From the human T2T-CHM13v2.0 reference genome, Homo sapiens: DNA of 64,000 bases. The notes below the pieces were generated by a model that had not been told where the DNA came from, made no database searches, and was given only the letters and a program-made list of their open reading frames with translations. Position 1 is the stretch's first letter. Each line of letters opens with the position of its first letter. This document shows positions 1-13,097 of this stretch, in pieces. The translations under genes and the position numbers were made by a program. The DNA lies in the NCBI RefSeq assembly GCF_009914755.1, contig NC_060933.1. One strand, written 5' to 3'.

Positions 1-399
1 ACTTCTGTGTCTGCCCTGTCAATCACCCTCTGTCCTGGCAAAGAGGAGGCTGCGAGAACCATAGAGTTCTCCACTCTGAGACTCTTGGCCTCAAGTAACC
101 ACTGAGTCCTTGGTCACTTTAAGGTATACAGAGAAGTTCTGGCAGAAATTTTTCTCATACTAGGGCTGAAAGATGAAAGTGATTACCTCTGAGGCAGCTG
201 GTTCTCTAGACTTCCCCACCGTAAATAAACTTCTGGTTGTAAGCATTAGTGAGCTTGCTCCACTATAGAACATGTATATGGAGAGAGAAGGGTGTCAGTT
301 CCCATTTGTCCACAAATTGAGAATTTATGCATCTTTGGTGACTGCCTCCCATTTCAGTCCACAGCATTTAAACTCCAGCGAAAATAGATGCAACCGGTG

Positions 400-590
400 A
401 TGTTGAGCTCACAATGTGCCAGGCACTGTTCTAAGTGCATTCTGTGTATTAATTTCGTTTATCCTTACAACTACCAAATGTGAGAGATACTATTATTATC
501 CCAGTTTAACAAATGTGAAAACCAAATCACAGAGAAGTGAAATAGCAGAGTCAGGACTAGGCCCATCTGACTTCAGAACATACCTCTGAA
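400..590 (-). mobile_element. MIR SINE relic
   Basis: 'atgtgccaggcactgttctaagtgc...tattattatcccagtttaacaaatgtgaaaacc...cagagaagtga' is the reverse complement of the MIR core and 3' end. Confidence 0.75.
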
Positions 591-789
591 CTATTGCCAT
601 CTCTCAGCGCCCCCTGCCGTATTCAGCTCTTCAAAGGCTCTCATTCTGTGCTTAAAAGCTATCACAAGATTGTTTATTCTGCAAGCTATGCTTTTTCTCT
701 TTAATCTTCACTTGGACACCTATTATTACTAAAAATCATTTCAGTCAATAAGCACCTAATATATTCCATTTTATTTGATTCCTTATTTC

Positions 790-890
790 TCTTCCCCACA
801 ATAATGTTATGTTTTATTTCCTGTCCTTAGTCCATTGTACATTGCCTGGTACAAAGGAGGTGCTCAGTAAGGTCTATGGAATGAAATAAA
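790..890 (+). mobile_element. L2 LINE 3' end relic
   Basis: 'tgcctggtacaaaggaggtgctcagtaaggtctatggaatgaa' resembles the L2 3' terminus. Confidence 0.5.
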
Positions 891-3164
891 AAAATTATAT
901 ATTGGGTTGAATATACAATTTATTCATTTTTGAATTCATTTTTTCAGAATACGATTGTATAGACAGGTCCAACTATAGAAGGTTGCCATAAACTTTGAAG
1001 TTTACAATAAATTTAAATGCGTTCACAGCTTCTAGTTAGGCAGAAGAGGCTAATAATTCTACAGGTGGTAGCTTGCTTTTCTAAGGAAAAGAAGAAACCA
1101 GCAGTACAATTATGCTGATTTCTGCCATTTAATGGTGTGTTTTTTGATTGTTTGACACTAGGTGGAGCCAAGAAGCCTTGCAGGGAAACTCCAAAGAAGC
1201 AGGAACTACTGTTACCAACCCTCTGATCGTACTCAAAATAATATGAAGTTGTTTTTTTTTTTTTTTTTTTTAAAGATTGCAAACTGGTGCATTATTCGCA
1301 TCAATTATTTAATTACATTCATTCTCCAGTGAATTATTTGCTCTACTGGTTACCTTATTATTTTTGAAGTGGAAAAGTTTTATACTTTATTTCTTTCAGT
1401 TTCCCAACACTTAGAAACAATTTTAAATATTTAAGTGAAATCTCTATTTGGTAGTTGAGACTCAAAACCCCAAATCTTTCTTCACCCTCCCACCCTCACC
1501 CTCCTTTCTTTTAAGTGCAATGTGGTTGCAGACGCCGAAGGTCTGGCATTCTGTGAAAAAAGGTCCTGGACTAGCAGTGAGGAAGTTTTCTTTTTCTTCT
1601 CTTTCCTTTTTCTTTTTTTGTTTTAAAAATAATTTTTGTACATTAAAACAGTGAATATCAGCAACTGCAATTGGTTCAACATAACCAATTTTACACTTAC
1701 CAAGTTCACATGAAAGTCAAAAACAGAATCATAACCATAATAGTTTTGACTCTGCTTTTGACTTTCCTTATGACTTTGGTAGGTCACCTGTCTTCTTGGG
1801 GTCTCATTTTCTTCATCCATTAAATGGAAGGAACAGGCACCAACTTGAAAGACACATTTTCATTTGAATTTTTCATAATTTTGGCCCCTGAATTATTCTG
1901 ATCTGTGTCATTGACTGGTTCTTTATGCTTTTGTCCAGCATGTGTTTTTGAATTCTATAGATTTTGGCTAATTATGGACTATTACTAGATGTTCATTAAT
2001 TACAGACTACTGGAGACCTGAAATGTGTCCTCTACATAGGCTCAAGTTCATTGTTAATTTCCTGACATAATTTCTTACAGGATGCCGAGTTACTGTTAAT
2101 TGTATTTAGTTCAATTAAAGGAAAACAATAATAGAAATTCATGTTTTATTACAGTGTTACCTTAGGTTTTTCCCTTTATAATTAGCTTAGTGAGGTAGCT
2201 CTATTTCTGTAAAGTAGTGTTGATTTCTTTCCAGAGGGGTATTTTACTCTAGTACCATGTAATAGTTAAGTTGAACCAAACCTTAACTGGGAAAGTTAAA
2301 CTAAATCTTAATCTTCATTTTATCCTTCACCCTGGGTGGGATGTCAGAATAAATCAGTTTTAATAACTTTTCCAAACATCAGTGTTCATAGCAATTAATA
2401 GATGGTTCTGTACCATTTTCATATGGTACTATATTTAGTTGGTAAAAACCAGATGATGATTTTCCAATGGCTAAACTGTAGGTATTTTAAAATAAGAGTA
2501 TTATCATTTGCTAGACCAATAATTTCCCCAATAAATTCAGTAGCATACAAATCCTAAAAAAACTCCCTAAGGAAATTATTTTATGATTAAATAGCTTAGG
2601 TAACATCGCATATTATATATGGGGGTTCACAATGAATAGCATAGTAAAGGCTATGAGAAGGCCTGCAGTTATGTTTCTTTTTTAACTTTCACCTGGTATT
2701 CTCAAATTTTTATGACCTTTTCTCTATAATACTGTGCAGAGCTTGATATCCATGAGCCATATCTGATACATATTTTCTCTTATTCTTAAAATTTTTTCAA
2801 GGCAGTCATTTATATTAAATTACTATATTAGCTAGCATCAATATTTTACCTCTGGAACAAAAAAAGAGCATTCAAAATTTAATAACTCTTTGATTTTCTT
2901 TACTTAGTAGTAAATAAAAGTGAAATTGTAGTTGGAAATTGTACTTTGAAATTGGAGTTTCTTCCATTTTGAAGGAGATTTTCCTGCCCATAGTCCTTTA
3001 CTAACAGTGGATCAGGTAGATGTGTTTTTTAGTCTAAACATGATGGAGGAAGGTGCACAATTTTGGACCAAAACCATGATATAATTTCCCCATGTTTCTC
3101 ATTTCCCTGATGCTAAAACTGTTCTCTTTATATCAATTGAAATGGGTCTTATTACTAGCTAAGA

Positions 3165-3330
3165 TCTCTTGAATTCAAATACTGACTTTCTGCTGTGCAC
3201 CTTTTTGCAAGCTTACTAACCAATCTATGCCTCGTTTTCCTCATCTGTAAAATGGATATATTAGTATCTATGTTAAGAGGTTGTTGTGAGGACCAGGTAA
3301 GTGAACACTCATAATGCACTTGGAGCACTG
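3165..3330 (+). mobile_element. MIR SINE relic
   Basis: 'cctcgttttcctcatctgtaaaatggatat...ggttgttgtgagga' is the MIR core. Confidence 0.75.
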
Positions 3331-3574
3331 ATTGGAAAGCCTTTCATCATGTCAGCTGTTATGGTTAATGCTTATGGTGCTATGCCTAGGTGGCAACGGA
3401 GAATGTCACGCATTAGCCTTTCCCCAACGCCCTCATCAATAGAATGTAAAATTTTTAAAGAAATAGATAAAACTTGAGCTCTGTTTTGCCAAGGCAAGAA
3501 TTTCCAGATCATATTGTGTTATTTGATCAAAATTCTATTTTGCCTTCCATCTATATCCTTAACATTAGTCAATT

Positions 3575-3830
3575 AGTTATCCATTTGTTGATCTCATATA
3601 TTAACTGAGTGCATGTTGTTTTATAGGCACTGGGCTAATTTTGTAGTAATGATATTGGACAAGTTAGATATGGCTCCTCTCCTTGTAGACCTCAGAGTTA
3701 TAGAGGGACTCGCAAAGAGCGTACTGGGTACTGTGAGAGAGGAATTCATGAGAGTAGACAGAGTTAGCCACCTCCAAATAGGGAATTATGGAATTTTCAT
3801 GGAGAAAAATAACATTAAGGTCGAAGTCTT
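3575..3830 (-). mobile_element. L2 relic, left part (interrupted by the L1 at ~3830; resumes ~14636)
   Basis: 'ttaactgagtgcatgttgttttataggcactgggcta...' and 'ggaattttcatggagaaaaataacattaaggtcgaagtct' follow the antisense L2 pattern, which continues as 'gaatgagaagaagtaagtcatg' beyond the L1. Confidence 0.5.
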
Positions 3831-6599
3831 TTTTCTTTTTAATGCCTTCATTTCTTCATATTTACTTACTTATTTTCAACTTCTATTTTAGATTCAAGGG
3901 CTACATGTGCAGGTTTGTCACCTGGGTATGTGGTGTGACATTTGGGGTACAAATTATCCCATTACCCAGGTATTGAACAATATTTACCCCTCTCCCTCTG
4001 TTCCCCCTCTAGTAGTCTCCAATGTCTGTTGTTGCCATCTTTATGTCTGAGTACCCAATGTTTAGTTCCCACTTATAAGTGAGAATATGTGGTATTTGGG
4101 TTTTTGTTACTGTGTTAATTTGCTTAGGATAATGGCCCCAGCTGTATTCATGTTGCTGCAAAGGACATGATTTAATTTTTTTTTATGGTTGCATAGTATA
4201 CCATGATGTGTATGTACCACATTTGCTTTATCCAATCTGCCATTGATGGACACCTAGGTTAATTCCATGTCTTTTTTTTTTTTTTTTTTTACTGTGAATA
4301 GTGCTGTGATGAACATGCAAGTGCGTAGGTCTTTTGGCAAAATAACTTGTTTTCTTTTGAGTATATACACAGCAATGGGATTGCTGGATTGAATGGTAAT
4401 TCTAAGTTCTTTGAGTAATCTCCAAACTGTTTTCCATAGTGGCTGAGCTAATTTATATTGCCACCAACAGTGTATAAGCATTCCCTTTTCTCCAGCCTCT
4501 GTTGTTTTCTGACTTTCTAATAATAGTCATTCTGAGTGGTGTGTGATGGTATCTCATTGTGGTTTTGATTTTTCATTTCTCTGATGATTACTGATGTGGA
4601 GCACTTTTTCATGCTTGTTTGGCCACTTGTATGTCTTCTTTTGGGAAGTGTCTGTTCATATCCTTTGCCCATTTTTAATGGAGTTATTTGCTTTTTGCTT
4701 GTTGAATTGCTTAGATTTTTTATAGATTGTGGCTATCAGACCTTTTTTTGGATGCACAGCAAATATTTTCTACCATTCTGTAGGTTGTCTGCTTACTCTG
4801 TTGATAGTTTCTTTTGCAGTGCAGAAGATCTTTCATTTAATTAGGTCCCAACTGTCGATTTTTTTTGCATTTGTTTTTGAGGATTTAGTCATAAATTACT
4901 TTCCAAAGTAGATGTCCAGAATGGTGTTTTCTAGGTTTTCTTCTAGGATGATTACAGTTTGATATCTTACATTTAAATCTTTAATCCATCTTGAGTTAAT
5001 TTTTGCATATGCAGAAGGTAGGGATCCAGTTTCATTCTTCTTCACATGGCTCACCAGCTATCTCAGCACCATCTATTGAATAGAGAGTCTTTTCTTTATT
5101 GCTTATTTTTGTCAACTTTGTCAGCGATTAGATGGTTGTAGGTATGTGGCTTTATTTCCAGGTCCTCTATTCTGTTCCATTGGTCTACATGTCTGTTTTT
5201 GTACTAGTACCTTGCTACTTTGTTTATTGTAACCCAATAGTATAGTTAAGTTGGGTAATGTAATGCCTCTGGCTTTGTTCTTTTTGCTTAGGATTGCTTT
5301 GACTATTCAGGCTCTTTTTTGGTTCCATATGAATTCTGGCATTTTTTCCCCCAATTCTGTGAAAAAATGATGTTGGTAGTTTAACAGGAAAAGCATTAAA
5401 TTTGTAGATTGCTTTGGGCAATATGACCATTTTTATGATATTGGTTCCTCCAATCCATGAGCATGAAATGTTTTTCCATTTGTTTGTGTCATCTATTATT
5501 TCTTTTAGCAGTGTTTTATGGCTCTCCTTAGTTAGATGTATTCCTAAGTATTTTATCATTTTTTGACTATTGTAAATGGGATTATATTCTTGATTTGGCT
5601 CTCAGCTTGAAGATTATTGGTGTATAGAATGCTACTGATTTTTGTACACTGAGTTTGTTTCCTGGAACCTTAAAATTGCTTATCAGTTTTAACAGCCTTT
5701 TGGCAGAGTATTAGGGTTTTCTGAGAATAGAATCACATCATCAACAAAGGGAGATAGTTTGACTTTTTTCTTTTCCTATTTGAATGCCTTTTATTTATTT
5801 CTCTTGCATGATTGCACTGGCTAGCATTTTCAGTACTATGTTGAATAGGAATGGTGACACTGGGCATTCTTGTCTTGTTCCAGTTCTCAAGGAGGATGCT
5901 TCCAGCTTTTGCTCATTCAGTGTGATGTTGGCTGTTGGTTTGTCATAGATGGCTCTCATTATTTTTGAGGTAGGTTCCTTCAGTGCCTAACTTCTTGAGA
6001 GTTATTATAATGAATGTATGTTGAATTTTATGTAAGCTTTTTCCAAGTTCATTGAGATGATCTTTGTGTGTGTGTATGTTAACTTCTGTTAATTTGGTGA
6101 ATCTCATTTATTGATATGCACATGTTGAAACAACCTTGCATTCTGGGAATGAAGCCTACTTGATCATCGTGGATTAACTTTCTGATATATTGTTGAATTT
6201 GGTTTGCTATGATTTTGTTGAGGATTCTTGTGTCTATTTTTCTCAGGGGTATTGGCCTGTAGTTTTCTTTTTTAGCTGTGTCCTTGCCAGGTTTTGGTAT
6301 CAGAGTGATACTGGTTTCATAGCATGACTTACGGAGAAGTCCTTTCTCTTTAATTTTTTGGGATAGTTCCAGTAGAATTGGTACTAGCTTTTCTTTGTAC
6401 ATCTGGTAGAATTTGGCTATAAAGTCATCTGCTTTGGGGCTTTCTGTGGTTGGTAGGTTTTATTACTAATTCAATATCAAAACTTGATATTAGTCTATTC
6501 AGTGTTTCAACTGTTTCCCGATTAAATCTTGGAAGGTTTTGTGCTTCCAGGAGTTTATCCATTTCCTGTAAATTTTCTAGTATGTATCCTCATAGTCCC

Positions 6600-9069
6600 T
6601 GTATTAGTTCATTCTCACATTGCTATAAATACCTAAAACTATGTAATTTATTTAAAAAAGGAGGTTTAATTGGCTCATGGTTCCACAGGCTGAAAAGGAA
6701 GCATGATGCTGGCATCTGCTTGGTTTCTGGGGAAACCTCAGGAAACCTTTACTCATAGTGGAAGGCACACGGAGATCCAGCACTTCACATGGCCAGAACA
6801 GGAGAAAGAGAAAGAGGGGAAGGTGCCACAAAGTTTTAAATAACCAGATCTCATGTAAACTCACTCAGTCCCTTTCATGAGAACAGGACCAGGAGATAGG
6901 GCTAATATTTCATGGGAACTCCACCCCCATGATCCAATCACCTCCCAGCAGGCTCCACCTCCAACACTAGGGATTATAATTCGACATAAGATTTGAATGG
7001 GGACACAGATCCAAACTGTATCATTCTGCCCCTGGCACCTCCCAAATCTAATGTTCTTCTCACGTTGCAAAATACAATCATGCCTTTCTAACAGTCCTCC
7101 AAAGTCTTAAGTCATTCCAGCATTAACCCAAAAGTCCAAAGTTCCAAGTCTAATCTGAGACAAGGCAAGTCCCTTCTACCTATAAGACTGTAAAATCAAA
7201 GAACAAGGTATTTCTCCAAGATACAATGGGGCTACATGCATTGGGTAAATAATCCTGTTCCAAAAGGGAGAAATTGGCCAAAAGAAAGGGTCTCTAGGCA
7301 CCGTGCAAGTCTAAAACCCAGCAGGGCATTCATTAAATTTTAAACCTTCAAAATAATCTTCTTTGAATCCATGTCTCACATCCAGGACATATTGGTGCAA
7401 GGGGTAGGCTCTCAAAGCCTACTCAGGTCCATCACTGTGGCTTTGCAGGGTTCAGTCCTCACAGCTGCTCTCATGGGCTGGTGTTGAGTGCCTGTGGCTC
7501 TTCCAGATTGGGGATACAAGCTGCCAGTGGATCTACCATTTGTGAGTCTGGAGGACAATGGCTCTCTTCTCATAGCTCCACTAGGCAGTGCCCCAGTGGA
7601 GATTCTCTGCGAGGGCTTCAACACAGATTTCTTCTCCTCATTGCCCCAGTAGAGGCTCTCTATGAGGGATCCAACCCTGCAGCAGGCTTCTGTCTGGAAC
7701 TCCAGGCTTTTCCATACATCCTCTGAAATCTAGGCAGTGGCTTCTAAGCCTCAACTCTTGCATTCTGTGTACCTGCAGGTTTAACACCACATGGAAACCA
7801 CCAAGGCTTATGTCTTGCACCCTCTGGAGCAGCGATCTGAGCTGTACGTGGGCCCCTTTGAGCCATCGCTGGAGCTGAAGTGGCTGGGATGCAGGGCTCA
7901 GTGTCCGAAGGCTGTGCAGGGCAGCATGGCTCTGGGCTTGGCCCACAAAACCATTTTTCCCTTTGGGGCCTCTGCAACTGTAGTAGGAGGGGCTACTGTT
8001 AAAGTCTCTGAAATGCCTTCTGGGCCCTTTCTTCATTGTCTTGACTATTAGTACTTGGCTCATTTTTACTTATGCAACTTTCTTCAGCCTGCTTGAATTT
8101 CTCCCCTGAAAATGGGCTCTTCTTTTCTATCACATGGCTGGGCTACAAATTTTCCAAATTTTATGCTCTGCTTCCCTTTTAAATATAAGTTCCAGTTTTA
8201 TGACACTTCTTTACTCATGCATATAAGCATAGGCTGTTAGAAGCAGCCAGGTCACATTTTGAAAGCTTTTCTCCTTAGAAATTTATTCTGCCATATTCCA
8301 TGAATCATCATCTGTCAAAGTTCCACATATCCCTAGATCAGGGGCACAATACAGCCAATCTCTTTGCTACTACATAACAAAAGTGACCTTTGCTCCAGTT
8401 CCCAATAAGTGCCTCATCTCCCTCTGAGAGATCCTCAGCCTGGACTTCATTGTCCATATCACCATCAGCATTTTGGTCACAACAATTTAATAAGTCTCTA
8501 GTAAGTTTCAAACTTTCTCTCATCTTCCTGTCTTCTTCTGAGCCCTCCACAGTCTTCCAACCTTTGCCAGTTACTCAATTCCAAAGGTGCATCCACATTT
8601 TCAGGTATCTTTATGGCAATGCCCCACTACTTGGTACTAATTTTCTGTATTAGTCCATTCTTGCCTTGCTATAAATAAATGCCTGAAAGTGGGTAATTTA
8701 TAAAGAAAAGAGGTTTAATTGGTTCATAGTTCTTCAGGCTTTACAGGAAGCATGATGCTGGCATCTTCTCAGCTTCTGGGGAGACCTCTGGAAACCTTTA
8801 CTCATGGTGGAAGGTGAAGGGGGAGCCAGCACTTCAAATGGCTGGAGCAGGAGAAAGAGAGAGATGGGGGAGGTGCCACACACTTTTAAATAACCAGATC
8901 TTACAATAACTCACTCACTATCATGAGAACAGCACCAGGAAATGATACCAAAGTATTCATTAGAACTTTGACCCCATGATCAAATCACCTCCCACCAGGC
9001 CCACCTTCAAACTTGAAGATCATAATTCAACACGAGTTTTGTATTGGGACAGATATATAAGCCATATCA
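6600..9069 (-). mobile_element. MST (MSTA-like) MaLR provirus: LTR 6600-7023, internal 7024-8645, LTR 8646-9069
   Basis: Both LTRs begin 'tgtattagt' and end '...tatca' on + (antisense to TGATA...TAATACA). The ~1.6 kb internal region is THE1/MST-int. The host L1 sequence continues on both sides. Degenerate 5-bp TSD gtccc/atcac. Confidence 0.9.
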
Positions 9070-9149
9070 ATCACTGAGGATCTTTTGTATTTCTGTGAGA
9101 TTGGTAGTAATATCACTTTTGTTGTTTTTGATTATGCTTATTTGGATCT

Positions 9150-10528
9150 TCTTTCTTTTTTTGTGATATAAAATTGTTTATTAGGAGCATGACAATTTAT
9201 ATTACCTGGAAAGTAGGAATGGATTTTTAATACAGTTTAAATTAATGCATCAGGAGTAGCTGAAGGCACAAATTAAAAATCATTTGCTTTTTTATACTTA
9301 AAATATAGAAAAAGAAGAAAAACTTTAATTTTAAAAAGTACTCTGATAATCCATAGACTTCATGTTGTACTTTTTAAAAGAAAATCTGATTAAAAAAACA
9401 TATTTACCCTTGTTGAACATCCACAATAATAATGTTTGAAAAAAAACTTACCTCTTAAGGCTATTAGACACAGGGAAAGCATTGTGAATATACAAATATT
9501 TTAGTTCCAAAACTAAACTCTGCCACGTGTATACCTATGTAACAATACTGCACATTCTGCACATGTACCCCAGAACTTAAAGTATAATAATAATAAAAGA
9601 TCCCGAGGAGTAAAGCAGGTGAATTGGTTTAAATGCCTGAATCTTGATGACTCTTTTATCCATTTTACATAGCATCCAAAACATGTCAGTGTTGTGAATT
9701 CCTTTGCTAATCTTTTTTTGAATTTCCCAGTGAAAAACATACCAAAGAAACAAAATTCAATTTACAACTAGCTGCAGAGAGCCATGGATGTGACCAGTTA
9801 TGTTAAAATTCCTGCCCACTTCCACTGCGTGCACAGGCCATCCAGCTGCCCCTCGTCGCACCCAATTGTCCCAGTGATGGTGTTTCCGTGGCTATCACTA
9901 CCACTTCTCTGCCCCTGCAGCCTGTTAGACAAACACCCTTTGCTGTTTCTGACTAAGAGTGCTTGCAGATCCACATAATTATCCTTGTCGCTCCAAATCC
10001 CAAGGATTTGACCACTAGCTAAAATGGCCATTTACCTGTTTTCATAAATCTTTTTTCTAGTTTTATTATTTATAATGGTTTTTTGTATTGTTACAGCCGC
10101 CACCCCTTCCTCCACAATGCACATCCTTTTCCTGTTAGCTTTTCTCTAAGTCTCCCTTAAATCTCAGCTAACAAGATCTCCTATATATGATTAGCCATTC
10201 CTTTTCTTTGAATGTTCTTTAAGACAGACAAACCCCTGGGATGACATACAGTTGGTTAAAAGTACATCATCAGGTAATCATAACACAGCCATCAACTGTT
10301 AAGAAATACCAGAGGCTAAAAAAAAATCCTGCTTTTCAGACCCAGTAAACTAAGAACTATCTTACAGTAGCACAGAATTACCAGATGTTAAGCCTCAGGT
10401 AATTGCTAGAGGAGGTTTTCCAAATCAGAAACCTTGGGGACCTCATCAAATTTGCCAGGATATCTCAGTTGCTCCATTCTGCCTGGTGTATCCCTAAGAA
10501 AAAAAATTAAATAGTGTCTTTCTTTGTT
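9150..10528 (-). pseudogene. Retroposed unique sequence (5'-truncated processed copy or orphan transduction; parent unidentified)
   Basis: Non-repeat sequence splits the L1 between '...ggatcttc' and 'tctttgttaatctagc'. Minus-strand AATAAA at 9177-9182 lies ~15 nt from an A-tract. Candidate TSD tctttctttttt (9150-9161) / tctttctttgtt (10517-10528), followed by AA. Confidence 0.7.
9521..9598 (+). mobile_element. Very short L1PA (PA4-PA8-like) 3'-terminal fragment
   Basis: 'cacgtgtatacctatgtaacaatactgcacattctgcacatgtaccccagaacttaaagtataataataataaaa' is the L1PA 3' end. Confidence 0.85.
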
Positions 10529-13097
10529 AATCTAGCTAGCTGTCAATCAATCTTGTTTATCCTTTCAAATCATCAACTTTTGGTTTTATTGATTTTTTTA
10601 TATGGAGTTTTTGGGTCTCTCTTTTATTCAGTTCAGCTCTGATTTTAGTTATTTATTTTCTTCTGCTGTCTTTGGGGTTAGTTCTTGTTTTCCTCGTTAC
10701 TCTGGGTGCAGTGTTACATCATTAATTTGTGATCTTTCTAACTTCTTGAGGTTGACATTTAGTGTTATGAACTTTCCTCTTAACACTGCTTTTGCTGTAT
10801 CCCAGAAATTTTTGTATGTTGTGTCCCTGTTTTTCTCTATTACAAAGAATTTTTAAATTTCTTTCTTGATTTCATTGTCTACCCAAAAGTTATTCAGGAA
10901 CAAGTTGTTTAATTTCCAAGAAATTATGTGGTTTTTGAGACATCCTAGTATTAATTTCTATTTTCATTCCACTGTGGTCTGATAGTATAATTTTAATTTT
11001 TTTGAATTTATTGAGATTTGCCTTATGGTAGAGCGTGTAGTCAGTCTTAGAGTATATTCTGTGTGCTAATGAATATATTCTGGGGTTGATAGGTGTAGTA
11101 TACTGTAGATGTCTATTAAGTTTATAAATATGGATGCTCAAATATTGGATGCCTATATATTTAGTATAGTTATGTGTTCTCATTGAATTAAATCCTTTTA
11201 TCTTTATGGAATGCCCTTCTTTGTTCTTCTTTACAGTTGTTGGTTGAAAGTCTGTTTTTTACTATAAGAATAGCAACCTCTGCTATTTTTTGTTTTCTAT
11301 TTGTGCAGCCAATCTTTCTCCAACCGTTTACTTTGAGCGTAGGGTGTTATGTGTGAGATGGGTCTCTTGAATACAGCAGATTAATGGATTTTTTTTTTTA
11401 ATTCAACTTGCTACTCTGTGTCTTTTAAGTCAGGTGTTTAGGCCATTTACATTCAAGGTTAATATTGGTATGTGAGGTTTTGATCTTATTATGAAGTTGT
11501 TACCTGGTTGCTTTATAGGGTCACATATTGTGTGATCATTTTATAGGGTTTGCAGAATATGTATTTATGTGTATTTTTGTGGTAGCAGATATTGTTATTT
11601 CATTTCCATATTTAGACTTCTCTTAAAAATCTCTTGTATTGCTGGTGTAGTGCTAATGAATTCCCTTAGTCCTTGCTTGTCTGGAAAATATCTTATTTCT
11701 CCTTCTCTTACGAAGCTTAGTTAGGCAGAATGTGAAATTCTTAGATGGAATTATTTTTTCTTTAAGAATGCTGAAAACAGGCCCCCAATGTTTCCTGGCT
11801 TGTAATGTTTCTGCTGAGAAGTCTGCTGTTAGCCCAACAGGGTTCCCTTTGTGCATGATCTTCCCTTTTTCTCTAGCTGCCTTTAAGATTTTTTCTTCAG
11901 TGTTGATCTTGGACAGACTGGTGGCTGTATGCCTTGGTGATGTTGATTTTGCATAGTATCTTACAGATGTTCTATCAGTTTCTTGTATCTGGATTTTTAC
12001 CTGTCTAGCAAGGTTAAGAAAGTTTCTTGAATTATTCCCTCAAATATATTTCCTATTATTGAATGCCAAATAATTTGTATGTTTGTTTGCTTTGAATGAT
12101 TACATATTTCTCAAGTACTTTGTTCATTTTTTAAAAATTCTTCTTTTTTTAATTCTTGTCTCACTGTGTCAGCTCAGAAAAACAGTCTTCAAGCTCTAAA
12201 TTTTTTTTCTTCTGCTTGATACAGTCTGTTGATACCGCTTTCAGTTGTATTTTGAAGTTTCTTAGGTGAGTTTTTCAATTCCAGAATCTCTAATTGACTT
12301 CTTTATCTCTTCCTTCATTTTCTAGATTGCTTTATAAATTTCTTTGTGTTGATTTTCAACGTTGTCTTGGATCTCATTAACCTTCCTTGCAATCCATGCT
12401 TTGAATTCTTTATGTGTCATTTCTGAATTTCCATTTTGGTTAGGGACCATTGCTGGAGAGCTGATGTGGTCTTTTTGTGGTGTCACTCCTTTCATATTTT
12501 TCATGCTGGCAGAATTCTTATGCTGGTTCCTTCTCATATGGAGACACTAGCTCTTTAAATTTTTGTAATATTTTTGTGTGGGTAGAGTTTTTTCTTCTTC
12601 TTGCTTTCTCTATAATGTTAATATTATTATAATTTTTATTCTTTCCTTTTCCCTTTTCCCTCCATTTTGGGGGGATGTGACTGTAGAGAATGTTGGATAG
12701 GGTCTTCTGGCTTTGCTTTCATAGCCTTATTCATTTACTTTGGCTGATTTTATATTGGGCTGTGGAGTTCAACCTACAAGCTATTGATGGCATTTACAGG
12801 TAAGAGCTGGCTGTGGCCAACGTGTCTGGGTATATACTTGATTCTTATTTACTGGCAGAAACTCCCTATTGCCTAAGACAATAGGCTGATTCATGGCGTG
12901 TACAGTGGTCTGAGCTCCCTGACCAGCCCCAGAGCAGCAAAGACCATAAAGGGTCAGGGAATGACTGGGCAGGTCCACCTATTGGTCTCCTGATGGCAGG
13001 CGAAGGCACCAGCACCAAGGGAGAGTCCTGTGAGCAGCCACCAAATACTCACAGGTGTGCCTAGGGATGGAGCTGGAACAGTGCTTCAGCTCCAGGT

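Noticed and set aside
1-3570. Possible exons or promoter in the largely unique first 3.5 kb
   Set aside because: No CpG island, no convincing ORF with splice sites and no recognisable product. It cannot be supported without alignment.
7412-8653. Cluster of overlapping ORFs (also 15751-16999)
   Set aside because: MaLR (MST) internal sequence whose ancestral ORF is fragmented.
9784-10031. Short ORFs inside the retrocopy as a parent-gene CDS
   Set aside because: No recognisable protein similarity, and the context looks like 3'UTR.
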